Source of the DNA: an uncultured Candidatus Saccharibacteria bacterium
Lineage (GTDB): Bacteria > Patescibacteriota > Minisyncoccia > Phycocordibacterales > UBA9973
Length of the DNA: 64,000 nt
Assembly (NCBI GenBank): GCA_964591445.1
Contig: CAZQAW010000002.1
Location: 3,394-67,393, forward strand
Direction of reading: 5' to 3'
Shown piece by piece: positions 43,880 to 52,576 of the stretch (positions are counted from its first letter, which is position 1; each line of letters opens with the position of its first letter). The position numbers were made by a program, and so were the translations under genes. The notes under the pieces were generated by a model. The model was given only the letters and a program-made list of their open reading frames with translations, did not search any database and was not told the origin of the DNA.

Positions 43880-44290
43880 TTATTTCTTTTTCACGTCCAA
43901 CACGTCGAGCGACCATGCCATGTCTTTGAGCTTGCTTTCGGAGAGTTTTGGTACGTATGAAGATGTTGGAATCGAAGATGCAGCTTCTTTGTTTATCTCA
44001 GACTGATCTCTCGGTATTTTCTTCCAGACGTAGAGTTTGCTCTTGCCGATGTATGCGATGTATGACTGCAAGATGTCAATAAAAGGCTTGTCGTTGACTT
44101 TGTAAAATGTGAGCGCAAGTGAAAGTGCGGCAATAGGAAGCATGATAAGCACAGCAAAAAAGAACGGCAAGATTTTGTAGATGACGAAACATATTCCCGC
44201 ACCGCCGGCCAAATACAAGAATTGTCGGAACGAGAACGGCCCAAAGATCTTGTCTTCAACGTCGATGAATTGTGGAACTTTGAATTGCAT
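43880..44290 (-). CDS. PrgI/VirB3-like small membrane protein of type IV secretion systems.
   Basis: MQFKVPQFIDVEDKIFGPFSFRQFLYLAGGAGICFVIY plus a second TM helix: the PrgI-family N-terminal pattern (x.FGP.t.RQF.yl). Confidence 0.5.
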   Translation of the reverse strand: MQFKVPQFIDVEDKIFGPFSFRQFLYLAGGAGICFVIYKILPFFFAVLIMLPIAALSLALTFYKVNDKPFIDILQSYIAYIGKSKLYVWKKIPRDQSEINKEAASSIPTSSYVPKLSESKLKDMAWSLDVLDVKKK

Positions 44291-44293
44291 ATA

Positions 44294-44980
44294 TTAGACC
44301 GCTTCGCGATAAGGATCTTTCACTGGTGCTTCATTTGAAGCGGGTTTTGGTGTGGGAGGATTTGGAATTGCTGAAGGCGCAACCGGCGTATAAGTTGTTT
44401 CCTTTTTCGGCAAAGAAAATGTTCCAGAAAGTTGCTCTTTGACAAAAGAAGGCTTGCCTGAAGTCGGATTCTCGATGCCATTTAAAATATTAGCGCGGGA
44501 TTGGAGAGGAGAACTTTTTGAAGAAATTGTTACAGGCGCTGACACGGGTGTAACTTTTGGTGCCTCAATTTCAATGCCTGACTTTTTAAGCGTGTCTGAT
44601 TCGATACTGCTTACCTCGTTATTTTCTGTTTGATCGTCCTCTTCCCCCACATCGTTAATCTCTTTCAATTCTTCTCTTATCACCGCAAAGATATCTGTGT
44701 TTACTTCATCTACGATTTTACCTACCACTACAGTATCTGTAATACCAAGCTTTTCTTCAAGCTCATGTTGGTAGTTGTTTGGAGATGTTGCGCCGAGCAT
44801 CACAAATGTAGTTATGAGCTCAAGGTCTCCGAGTTGAGAAATCGTAAGGTTATTTTTTTTACCAATTTCTACTAGCTTGCGTTGGTAGTCAGAAGACATG
44901 ATAGCCTTCTGTAAAGACTCCGGCACATTTGCGTACAAGTCTTTAAGTGTCTGTATGATTTCATCTTGCGTTGGTTGCAT
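44294..44980 (-). CDS. Hypothetical soluble protein in the T4SS-like locus.
   Basis: ORF coupled (3-nt gap) to the prgI-like gene. Pro/Ser/Thr-rich C-terminus. Confidence 0.4.
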   Translation of the reverse strand: MQPTQDEIIQTLKDLYANVPESLQKAIMSSDYQRKLVEIGKKNNLTISQLGDLELITTFVMLGATSPNNYQHELEEKLGITDTVVVGKIVDEVNTDIFAVIREELKEINDVGEEDDQTENNEVSSIESDTLKKSGIEIEAPKVTPVSAPVTISSKSSPLQSRANILNGIENPTSGKPSFVKEQLSGTFSLPKKETTYTPVAPSAIPNPPTPKPASNEAPVKDPYREAV

Positions 44981-45020
44981 ATATTTTTAGTATAGCGCAC
45001 TTTTTGTTTTCTAGTAGTGT

Positions 45021-48000
45021 TTAGTGGCCATGACTATCTGCTTTTGCTTCACTATGTCCACTTGATTTTGATGGTGTATCTTGACCCCCACTTGGTTCGT
45101 GGTACGTTGCGTGCGTGTGTGGAGCATGTGGTAGGTGTCCCTGCGAATGACTTTCATTTGTTTTCCCACTCCATTCAATTGCTCTTCTAATTGCTTGCAC
45201 GCCTCCAACTATCGAAGCTGCTACAACAGTTGAACCTGGTGCAAAACCTTCATTTATCATTCCTGCCCCTGTAGCGCCTGCTAGCACTAAGCCTGAACCT
45301 TGAGCGAATCCTTTACCAAGCTCTTCCATAATCTGTTTTGTTCCTTCCCAATTGGTTTTAAGAATAGTTGACTGAGCCTGGCTAAGCTTGTTTTGGGTGC
45401 TTCTCATTTCTTTTGACGCCTTCTTAGATTTCTCAAGAAGTTGTGCGTATCGTTCTTTGAGTTGCTCTCTTTGTCGAGTTTCTGCTTCGGTTATTGTTGT
45501 GCCTTTTTTCTTCGCTTCCGCGATTTTTTTATCGAGCTCAAGTACTTCTTTTCCTACTTCTCTTGCTGTGTCTTGAGCGGCAAGAGCTTTGCCTCTTTTA
45601 TCACCGAGCTCAGTTCTGAGTTCGCTTATGTGTGATGAGGTAATTTCCTTGCCGAACTCTTTAATGTTATCTAGTTCGTCTCGCTCATCATCCAAATAGC
45701 GTTTACCGGAACGTCGCATAAGTGTAGACTGCCACTGTTTTTCGCGAGCTGTCTTGATGCGTTCTTTGTTCTTCTCCATTTTCTGTATGCCCAATGATTC
45801 TTCCATGGAAGATTGTGCTTTTGTTGCCACAACTTTTCCATTTTTGTCTACATATTCCCCTTGCGCATTCATAGCGAATACCTTGCCTCCCTTTTCGTAA
45901 GCTCGAATATTCTGATCCACAAGTGCAGCTTTCTGGGTAAGATCGGCAACTTTTTTCTGGGCTGCATTTTTTTCATCGCTCTTATCAGGAAGTGTTTTTA
46001 TGCGTGCATTTTCAATACGAATCTGGTTTTGCAAGTCTTCCTTGATATCTTTATAGTTTGTTTGTTTGTCCTTTTCTTTCTCGATTTTCTTCTCTTCATC
46101 TTTGTATTTGTGTTCATCATAGCCAAGGCTCTTGCCGTATTTGTCGTCCTTCTCTGCCTTGCGAGCTTGGAGTCCAAGCCATCCACCATCTGTTGATTTA
46201 GTATCAAGCCCCGCAAACGAAAGACCCTTATTTAAGTTCATCCCTGTCTTTTCAGAAAGTTTGTTACCAACTGCGGTATTGCGTGCATCAAATGTTGATG
46301 TTGCAAGCTTGTTTGAAGCTGCAAGTGTTGCTCTCGCCATCATTCCGCTTAAGCCTTTTTTCGCCGCTGCGTCTTTAAGACCTTGGTTTTGTGTGGCGTT
46401 ATATCCCAATCTGCCAAGTGTCGCCCGTCCGGCGAGCGCGTAGCCTCCAGCAGCCAAACCTATTGCTCCGCCTGCAAGCGCAGTTCCCGCTTTGACCACT
46501 GCACCGCCGATTTCTCCTGACATATCAAGAGCAATTTTGCGCGCGCGCATGAGGAGCGTGACGATGATAAGGAGTGGGATAAGCACGCCGAGGATGATCT
46601 GTGTCGTTGTTTTGTCGCTGCCAAGATCTCGGAAAAAGTTCGTATTCATGAACATGATGATGAGATACATGAAGAACATGAATACAGGCACAACGAATGC
46701 TTGGCTAATAAGTTTACTCCACCAGCTTGAAAAACTCATTTCCCCTAATATTTTACCACCAGATGAAGGCATGATGAGCGAGATGAATGCAATCGGCGCG
46801 AATATCATCAGTATCCAAAGTCCCGCAACGCGCGCCATGAATAGAAATGCTACGCTCGCGAACACCCATATGCCGATACAGTTAATGACCGTCATTATAA
46901 GAGATATGATAATGAACTGTCCTGGTGGTGGTGCCCCGTTTACCCCAACAGCTTCTGGTACACCGCTTTGGCTTGTGAGTTTGAGTGTGGTTGCTTGCTG
47001 GAATATAGTTTGTGGATTAAATTTACTTACGATAGCCGTTGAAACATTTCTCGTATTTTCATTTATCCATACATTCTCTACTTTGTCATTACTTACACAT
47101 TTGCCGTCTACATACATACCACCGCAAATATTGTTATAAAACACTCCTCCTAAAATATTCGAAGCGTCTATGACTACTCGTGCAAAAAACAAGCTGAAGT
47201 TGAGGAGCAGCGCAACAAGAATGACATTTTTTATGGTATTTTTTGCGTTGACGTTGTGATTGCCAAGTATAGTGCCGATGCCCACCCACAGCAAAATAAA
47301 GATGAACATGATGTTGGCAATGTCACGAGCGATCTTCCAACCTTGCTCGACGAATGTTGCTCCGGAACCTTTATATGAATTGCTGTCGAGCGTGAACCCC
47401 ATTGCCCAGTCGAGAAGTTGTCCGGACAAGCTGAACAGGAATGATGTTGGAACGAAAAAAATGTAATAAAATGCTCGAGCAAAGCACCCAGCCCAAGTAT
47501 CTGATTCTAAAATGTCACATGTAGGAAGACTGTTATTGCCTACTGAGGTGGTGGGTCCGCCAAGTCCGTTGCTAACAGAGGATGTCACACTTGAGGTATT
47601 GTTCTGTACTTCAGTAGGGATGCCTTGGTTGTCGATAGAGATTTCGATTGCATTGGAAACTACACCATTCTGTGATACTGTGCCTGTTCCCAACGAAATT
47701 CCCGTATCCGAGGAAGCAACTGCGGAATAAGTAAAAGTGTTCTTTAAAACTGCTGCAGTTTCATACACACCGGTGCCGTCTGGGTTTAAAGTGACGGGGG
47801 CATCAGTGACGATCTTGGTTTTTACCGCATTAGCTCCCGACGTATCTTTTTCCCATATTGAAATAGTTACCTCATCGTCATTTGGGTCTACGCCAGAGCT
47901 GGTTACAAGTATTTTCCATGTTGACGTTGTTCCAGACAGTGTTGTGCCTCCGTTTGCAAGGTTGAGTTTTGCATATGTTTGCGCTCGCGCAGAAAAGACG

Positions 48001-48098
48001 GGAGCAAGCATGCTTCCCCCTACTATTCCTATCATCGCTATGATAACTACGATTTTTTTGAACATGTGTATGGTGTATACAGAAATAACCTGGCCCAA
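45021..48098 (-). CDS. VirB6/TrbL-like polytopic membrane protein (about 8 TM) with a long charged coiled-coil C-terminal extension and a His-rich tail.
   Basis: N-terminal signal, a cluster of hydrophobic helices (IFILLWVGIGTILG, VILVALLLNFSLFFARVVIDA, IIISLIMTVINCIGIWVFASVAFLF, FVVPVFMFFMYLIIMFM, ILGVLIPLLIIVTLLM), then K/E-rich sequence and HLPHAPHTHATYH. Confidence 0.45.
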   Translation of the reverse strand: MGQVISVYTIHMFKKIVVIIAMIGIVGGSMLAPVFSARAQTYAKLNLANGGTTLSGTTSTWKILVTSSGVDPNDDEVTISIWEKDTSGANAVKTKIVTDAPVTLNPDGTGVYETAAVLKNTFTYSAVASSDTGISLGTGTVSQNGVVSNAIEISIDNQGIPTEVQNNTSSVTSSVSNGLGGPTTSVGNNSLPTCDILESDTWAGCFARAFYYIFFVPTSFLFSLSGQLLDWAMGFTLDSNSYKGSGATFVEQGWKIARDIANIMFIFILLWVGIGTILGNHNVNAKNTIKNVILVALLLNFSLFFARVVIDASNILGGVFYNNICGGMYVDGKCVSNDKVENVWINENTRNVSTAIVSKFNPQTIFQQATTLKLTSQSGVPEAVGVNGAPPPGQFIIISLIMTVINCIGIWVFASVAFLFMARVAGLWILMIFAPIAFISLIMPSSGGKILGEMSFSSWWSKLISQAFVVPVFMFFMYLIIMFMNTNFFRDLGSDKTTTQIILGVLIPLLIIVTLLMRARKIALDMSGEIGGAVVKAGTALAGGAIGLAAGGYALAGRATLGRLGYNATQNQGLKDAAAKKGLSGMMARATLAASNKLATSTFDARNTAVGNKLSEKTGMNLNKGLSFAGLDTKSTDGGWLGLQARKAEKDDKYGKSLGYDEHKYKDEEKKIEKEKDKQTNYKDIKEDLQNQIRIENARIKTLPDKSDEKNAAQKKVADLTQKAALVDQNIRAYEKGGKVFAMNAQGEYVDKNGKVVATKAQSSMEESLGIQKMEKNKERIKTAREKQWQSTLMRRSGKRYLDDERDELDNIKEFGKEITSSHISELRTELGDKRGKALAAQDTAREVGKEVLELDKKIAEAKKKGTTITEAETRQREQLKERYAQLLEKSKKASKEMRSTQNKLSQAQSTILKTNWEGTKQIMEELGKGFAQGSGLVLAGATGAGMINEGFAPGSTVVAASIVGGVQAIRRAIEWSGKTNESHSQGHLPHAPHTHATYHEPSGGQDTPSKSSGHSEAKADSHGH

Positions 48099-48196
48099 CG
48101 TGGACAGAATACAACTTTAGTATATCATTTACTCCTTAAGAAAATACGAAAAAACAGTGCAAAACTTTTGTTTTGCACTGTTTTTCTTTGTTTTAT

Positions 48197-50470
48197 TTAG
48201 TAGACACCCAAGTTGCTTTCAAGTATTGGTACACCAAATGCGCTGTTGATGTTGATGACATCGGTAACGTGAATTTCGGCGTAGGCTCCGTTTGGCAATC
48301 CCCCTCCGTAGAACACGTCATCCAAGAATACACTGGTTGTTGGTATAAGTGACGCTGCCTGTTCTTGGACAGAAAGCAAGTCTTTTGGATACGATTTGCG
48401 TTGTGTTGGTCCGGTGTATGTGGTGCCGACGTTTGAGCCAGTCTTGTCGATACCGTCCACTTCTTTGCGGCAGCGGTAAAAGAGGTCTACTGCGTCTCGT
48501 GTGTCAAACTCTATCTGGTATATCTCAGCTTCCAAGTTCTTTACATCGTCTCCTGTTACCAAATTTGAGGTCATGGCTTGGAATGTGCGCACCAGTTTTT
48601 CGTATTCGGTATTGTTAGGGTCAGTTTGGTACGCGGCAAGGGCCTGTGGAAGTTGGCTGTTGATGTAGGTAAGCTTGCTGATATTTGATTTCATCTGCCC
48701 GATCTGCGCTTCGATTTCGGTGTATTCGTTCTGATAAGTCGGAAGTGAATTGTATAACTGGTTGATCTCTGCTGTTACTGTCGGCATGTTGAATACATTG
48801 AACTTATCCTTCATGATATCGATAAAGCCTTTGAGTTTGACCGGCGGATCATTCTCGCTCATGCCGCCTTCGATGATACGTTGGACGAGAGATATGGTTC
48901 GTTCTTTTGACATTGCGCTGTTTGTATCAACACCGGTGTATGCTCGGAACAAAACAGTAAAGAATGAAGCGATACCACTTGCTTTTTGTATTTCTGTCAA
49001 AGCCGTTGCTTCGTTTTGGTATACCGTATCTTGCCAGTTTGCGGCTGGGCCGGGCAAGCAGAAGTCTGCTTTGTAAATTGCCGGAAGCATCTGGTTGATC
49101 GCGCCAGTTTTTGTAAGCTTGTTTGCCCCATACGTATTCCCCGGTCCAAGACGATCCAAGTAATCTTGCTGGTCTTGTATAATTCCCGGAAGTCCAGTGT
49201 TGATATCAAACTCATTTGCTGGATGGTTCCAATGTGTTTGTGATACACCAGACCCTCCGTTTGAAGATGATCCTGTGTTGCTGCCTGAACCTCCGTTGTA
49301 TTGATAAGGATTTGTGCCAGAGCTTGAAGTATCTGCAAGCGAGCTCAAACCTTTTTGCATCATCTGGTTCAAAAGCGCGTCAAATATTGCCGTAAGCGAT
49401 GCATCCAAATCTTCACTGTTGATCAAAGAGTCTGTAGGAATATCGAGCGCGGTGTTGAGCTGATGTGAAAGCACTCCACCCGGTGTGCGAGTTTCTTCAT
49501 AAGTACAAGTATATTTACGCAAACGTTCTTTTGCCGCATTAATGTCTGCTTGATTATAAGATGCTCCATCAAATGGTTCATAACTTCCGGTATTGTTAGA
49601 AGCCTCGGGTGTGGGGAGGCCTGCAATAATCATGTCCTCGCTCTTGTCCCAGTCTGCCGGTGGTTCTTCGTAGTCGCTTGGCTCTACACATACTTTCAAA
49701 GAAAGAAATCCAAAGTTGTTTTGAAGATCTGTTTTTATTTCCTGTATCCTGTTTTGTCCATAACCGGCAATTCGACGAGAAAATTCGTCGCCGGTAATGA
49801 TAGTTGCGCCGATCTGGTTGTTCTGCGGAAGTTGGGTCATTGCAAGCCATCCGTCCCAACCCCCGACGGCAAAGTCGGCTTGGAATTGTTGTGCTTGCGC
49901 CGAACCAATAACTTTGTCTAAACTATATTGCGCGTACATGGAAAAATTTGCTTGAAGTGAGGCAATCAAGTTGCGTGCAATATCTTTACCGAAAGGAGAA
50001 ACGATCTGTATTTGCGCCGTCAAACTCATGAGTTCTTCGTCAGCGATACTTTTGAAAAATCTACCGGGGTTCTGTACGAATGCTGGGGAACCTTTGAATC
50101 CAGTGTTAATCCAGTTCACTGTCGCTTGAGTGATCTTTCGGAGCAATGTTTGTGCGGCAGCACGAGCAATTTTTTTCAAACAAGTTTCTTTGTTTTCAAG
50201 TGCTTTGGTCGCTGGGTCGTTGGTGTCTACTGCCCCACTTGTCAAACCTTCAAGCTTGCTTGACCCCAAGTTAAGAAGTTTGTTCAATCCGCATCCGATA
50301 CCAGCGCCAAGTATTGGGCCTGCACCTTGGAAGATGCTTGCTCCGCCGGAGAACTGCGCTTCAACCTTGCTTACTTCAATGATGAACAAGCCTTGTCCAA
50401 GTACTCCGACAAAAACGATGACTGAAAGTATTTTTTGTAGCCAGGACTTCATACGTTTGTAGTATATCAC
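48197..50470 (-). CDS. Large membrane-anchored extracytoplasmic protein (757 aa), function unknown.
   Basis: N-terminal TM (ILSVIVFVGVLGQGLFII) with the remainder predicted to be extracytoplasmic. Overlaps the next gene by 4 nt. Confidence 0.4.
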   Translation of the reverse strand: MIYYKRMKSWLQKILSVIVFVGVLGQGLFIIEVSKVEAQFSGGASIFQGAGPILGAGIGCGLNKLLNLGSSKLEGLTSGAVDTNDPATKALENKETCLKKIARAAAQTLLRKITQATVNWINTGFKGSPAFVQNPGRFFKSIADEELMSLTAQIQIVSPFGKDIARNLIASLQANFSMYAQYSLDKVIGSAQAQQFQADFAVGGWDGWLAMTQLPQNNQIGATIITGDEFSRRIAGYGQNRIQEIKTDLQNNFGFLSLKVCVEPSDYEEPPADWDKSEDMIIAGLPTPEASNNTGSYEPFDGASYNQADINAAKERLRKYTCTYEETRTPGGVLSHQLNTALDIPTDSLINSEDLDASLTAIFDALLNQMMQKGLSSLADTSSSGTNPYQYNGGSGSNTGSSSNGGSGVSQTHWNHPANEFDINTGLPGIIQDQQDYLDRLGPGNTYGANKLTKTGAINQMLPAIYKADFCLPGPAANWQDTVYQNEATALTEIQKASGIASFFTVLFRAYTGVDTNSAMSKERTISLVQRIIEGGMSENDPPVKLKGFIDIMKDKFNVFNMPTVTAEINQLYNSLPTYQNEYTEIEAQIGQMKSNISKLTYINSQLPQALAAYQTDPNNTEYEKLVRTFQAMTSNLVTGDDVKNLEAEIYQIEFDTRDAVDLFYRCRKEVDGIDKTGSNVGTTYTGPTQRKSYPKDLLSVQEQAASLIPTTSVFLDDVFYGGGLPNGAYAEIHVTDVININSAFGVPILESNLGVY

Positions 50471-51378
50471 TCTCTTGCGAAATATTGCTGTAGAATTTCA
50501 AGTGCATTGCCAGGTTCTTCTCCATATTTCTCATATTGCGCAAGCCCCACAAGCCCAACAAGTGGGTTGTCGTAGAAATACGTCATGTTCGATACTGCTA
50601 CGCCGGTTTTGTATGACGCATTTGCAAAGTCAAGTGCGAGCTTCGCGGTTGCTTGGGGTACTTCTATTTTTTTGACTGCCTCAGCTAGGTCAAGATATGC
50701 CTTGCCTATCGTCTCAAGCTCTTTTGCTTTGCCTTCGTTCGCTTGGTCGATCGATGTTTCGAGTACGACAAGTTCGGTACCGATGCCTTTTTTCAGATAT
50801 GTTTCAAGAGTTTTGTCGAAGTTTTTTGCAAAGCTTGTATTCGTGCCGCCGGTTTTCATGTCGGCAAGTGTGTATTTGTCCTCGATATCTTTTTGCAAAG
50901 CCGCGTTCTGGCCGATCTTCTCTGCCAAGTCGTTGATGGATTGTTCTGTCAACGCCCCGGCTTCTTTAAGAGAAATGACTGTTGCGAAAATTTCTTTTGC
51001 AAAAGCTTCCGTTTCGTTGTCGTTCATTTCTATCTGCTCATCAAGGCTTGCGCCGGTTTTGATGGCGACTTGGCGTTTGCGTTCGTCGATCTCTGCTTTG
51101 TCGCTTGTGCCGTCTTTGTCGGTGTCCGCACTTGTTGCATCCGTTCCCCATAGAGCTTCTTCCCAATCCGGAATGCCATCTTTATCGGAATCTTGCGTGA
51201 CAAGTTCTTGGACCGTCGTGTGGATGACTTCTTCATTTTTTACGATCACTTTTTTCTGGTAGCGTACATACAGCCACACCGCTATGCCTACAATAAGCAG
51301 TATGACGATGATCGTTGTAAATTTTTTGCTCGGTAAATAACGCTTCATATTACTTGAATTTCGGAGTTTTAGACGCAC
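50467..51378 (-). CDS. Membrane-anchored protein with TSP3/dockerin-like Ca-binding Asp repeats.
   Basis: DSDKDGIPDWEEALWGTDATSADTDKDGTSDKAEID repeats follow an N-terminal TM. Confidence 0.4.
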   Translation of the reverse strand: MRLKLRNSSNMKRYLPSKKFTTIIVILLIVGIAVWLYVRYQKKVIVKNEEVIHTTVQELVTQDSDKDGIPDWEEALWGTDATSADTDKDGTSDKAEIDERKRQVAIKTGASLDEQIEMNDNETEAFAKEIFATVISLKEAGALTEQSINDLAEKIGQNAALQKDIEDKYTLADMKTGGTNTSFAKNFDKTLETYLKKGIGTELVVLETSIDQANEGKAKELETIGKAYLDLAEAVKKIEVPQATAKLALDFANASYKTGVAVSNMTYFYDNPLVGLVGLAQYEKYGEEPGNALEILQQYFARE

Positions 51379-51712
51379 CGTAGAAAAGTACTGGAATCAC
51401 TGGGTAAGGTGTGCCCACATCAGTAAAACATCCTGGTGATGGAGCGGCTGCGTATTTGCCAAGTATTTGTTTACCGGCAGTTGGAGAGTTTACGCTTCCC
51501 GGAATTCCTATTGGGAAAAAGTAGTTTGTCGCTGGCCAAGCACCGTTGGGAACTATGGTTACCGGTCCATATCCTGCACAAGTTATGCCGGGAATGCTTG
51601 AAGATACGATTTTTGTACTACCAAAGTTGCGAGTCACAAATGCATCCGCATAATCAAAAAGCGCAAAAGATATAAGTGCGAAGAACAATATGACAAATGT
51701 AAGCCTTCTCAT
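51350..51712 (-). CDS. Small secreted protein. Start refined to MRRLTFVILFFALISFALFDYADA.
   Basis: Clear signal peptide at the internal Met. The longer ORF would overlap ksgA. Confidence 0.4.
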   Translation of the reverse strand: MRRLTFVILFFALISFALFDYADAFVTRNFGSTKIVSSSIPGITCAGYGPVTIVPNGAWPATNYFFPIGIPGSVNSPTAGKQILGKYAAAPSPGCFTDVGTPYPVIPVLFYGASKTPKFK

Positions 51713-51741
51713 ATATATATAGTATATCTTACATGTGAGGT

Positions 51742-52575
51742 TTATTTCGTGTGGATATGTGGCGCAAGTGCTTGCGTGAGAGCGATCCAAAGCGGAAGCT
51801 CTACGTTTTCGGCACGAATTTTAAGCGAAAGAGAAAGGTTTTCAAAGGCTTTTTGGATGATTTCTTTTGTAATACCAAGCTCGGTTAGATTTTGGATAAG
51901 CACTTTACGTTTATGGGCAAAACCGGTTTTGACTACGTTAAAGAAAGCTTTTTCGGTAATGTGTGCCGTCTCGAACTTTTGTTTGGAAATATTCGTGATC
52001 GCGATGATAGCTGAATCTACTTTGGGCTCGGGAGAAAAATAATGTTTTGGAACTTTTGAAACATATTTTGGTTCGCCGTATGCTTTGACGGAAAGTGAGA
52101 GAATGCTTTCCTGTGCCCCGCGTAGTCTTCTAGACGAAGTGGGGTGTCTTCCAACAATGCGTTCAGCGACTTCTTTCTGAACAAGAAACACAATCGCGCT
52201 CGGCTGCGCCTCGCGCTCCAGAAACATCTGAAACAACGCGCCCGTAATATAGTACGGAATATTGGCGATAACTTTGTAGTCATGCGGAAGTTCTATATTG
52301 TCTTCCATAATGTCCCCTTCTATCAAAACAAGTTTTTTATTTCTGATCTCTGTTGCAAATGTTTCTTCTAAAACCGGAATCAAACTTTTATCTTTTTCGA
52401 TCGCAATAACTTTGCCTGCATGCGCGAGCAATTCTTTGGTCAGCGCACCTTTCCCGGGGCCGATTTCTAAAACTGTATCTTTGCTTGTCACGTTACCACC
52501 CGCAATCATATCAGAAAGAGCCTTCTTTGATTTCAAGAAATGTTGCCCTAAAGATTTTTTTGCGCGATGGTGCAT
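51742..52575 (-). CDS. rsmA: 16S rRNA (adenine1518/1519-N6)-dimethyltransferase RsmA/KsgA.
   Basis: SLGQHFLKSK...VLEIGPGKGALTKELL is the SAM-binding motif. The start was refined to MHHRAKKSLGQHFL by analogy with KsgA N-termini. Confidence 0.85.
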   Translation of the reverse strand: MHHRAKKSLGQHFLKSKKALSDMIAGGNVTSKDTVLEIGPGKGALTKELLAHAGKVIAIEKDKSLIPVLEETFATEIRNKKLVLIEGDIMEDNIELPHDYKVIANIPYYITGALFQMFLEREAQPSAIVFLVQKEVAERIVGRHPTSSRRLRGAQESILSLSVKAYGEPKYVSKVPKHYFSPEPKVDSAIIAITNISKQKFETAHITEKAFFNVVKTGFAHKRKVLIQNLTELGITKEIIQKAFENLSLSLKIRAENVELPLWIALTQALAPHIHTK

Positions 52576-52576
52576 G

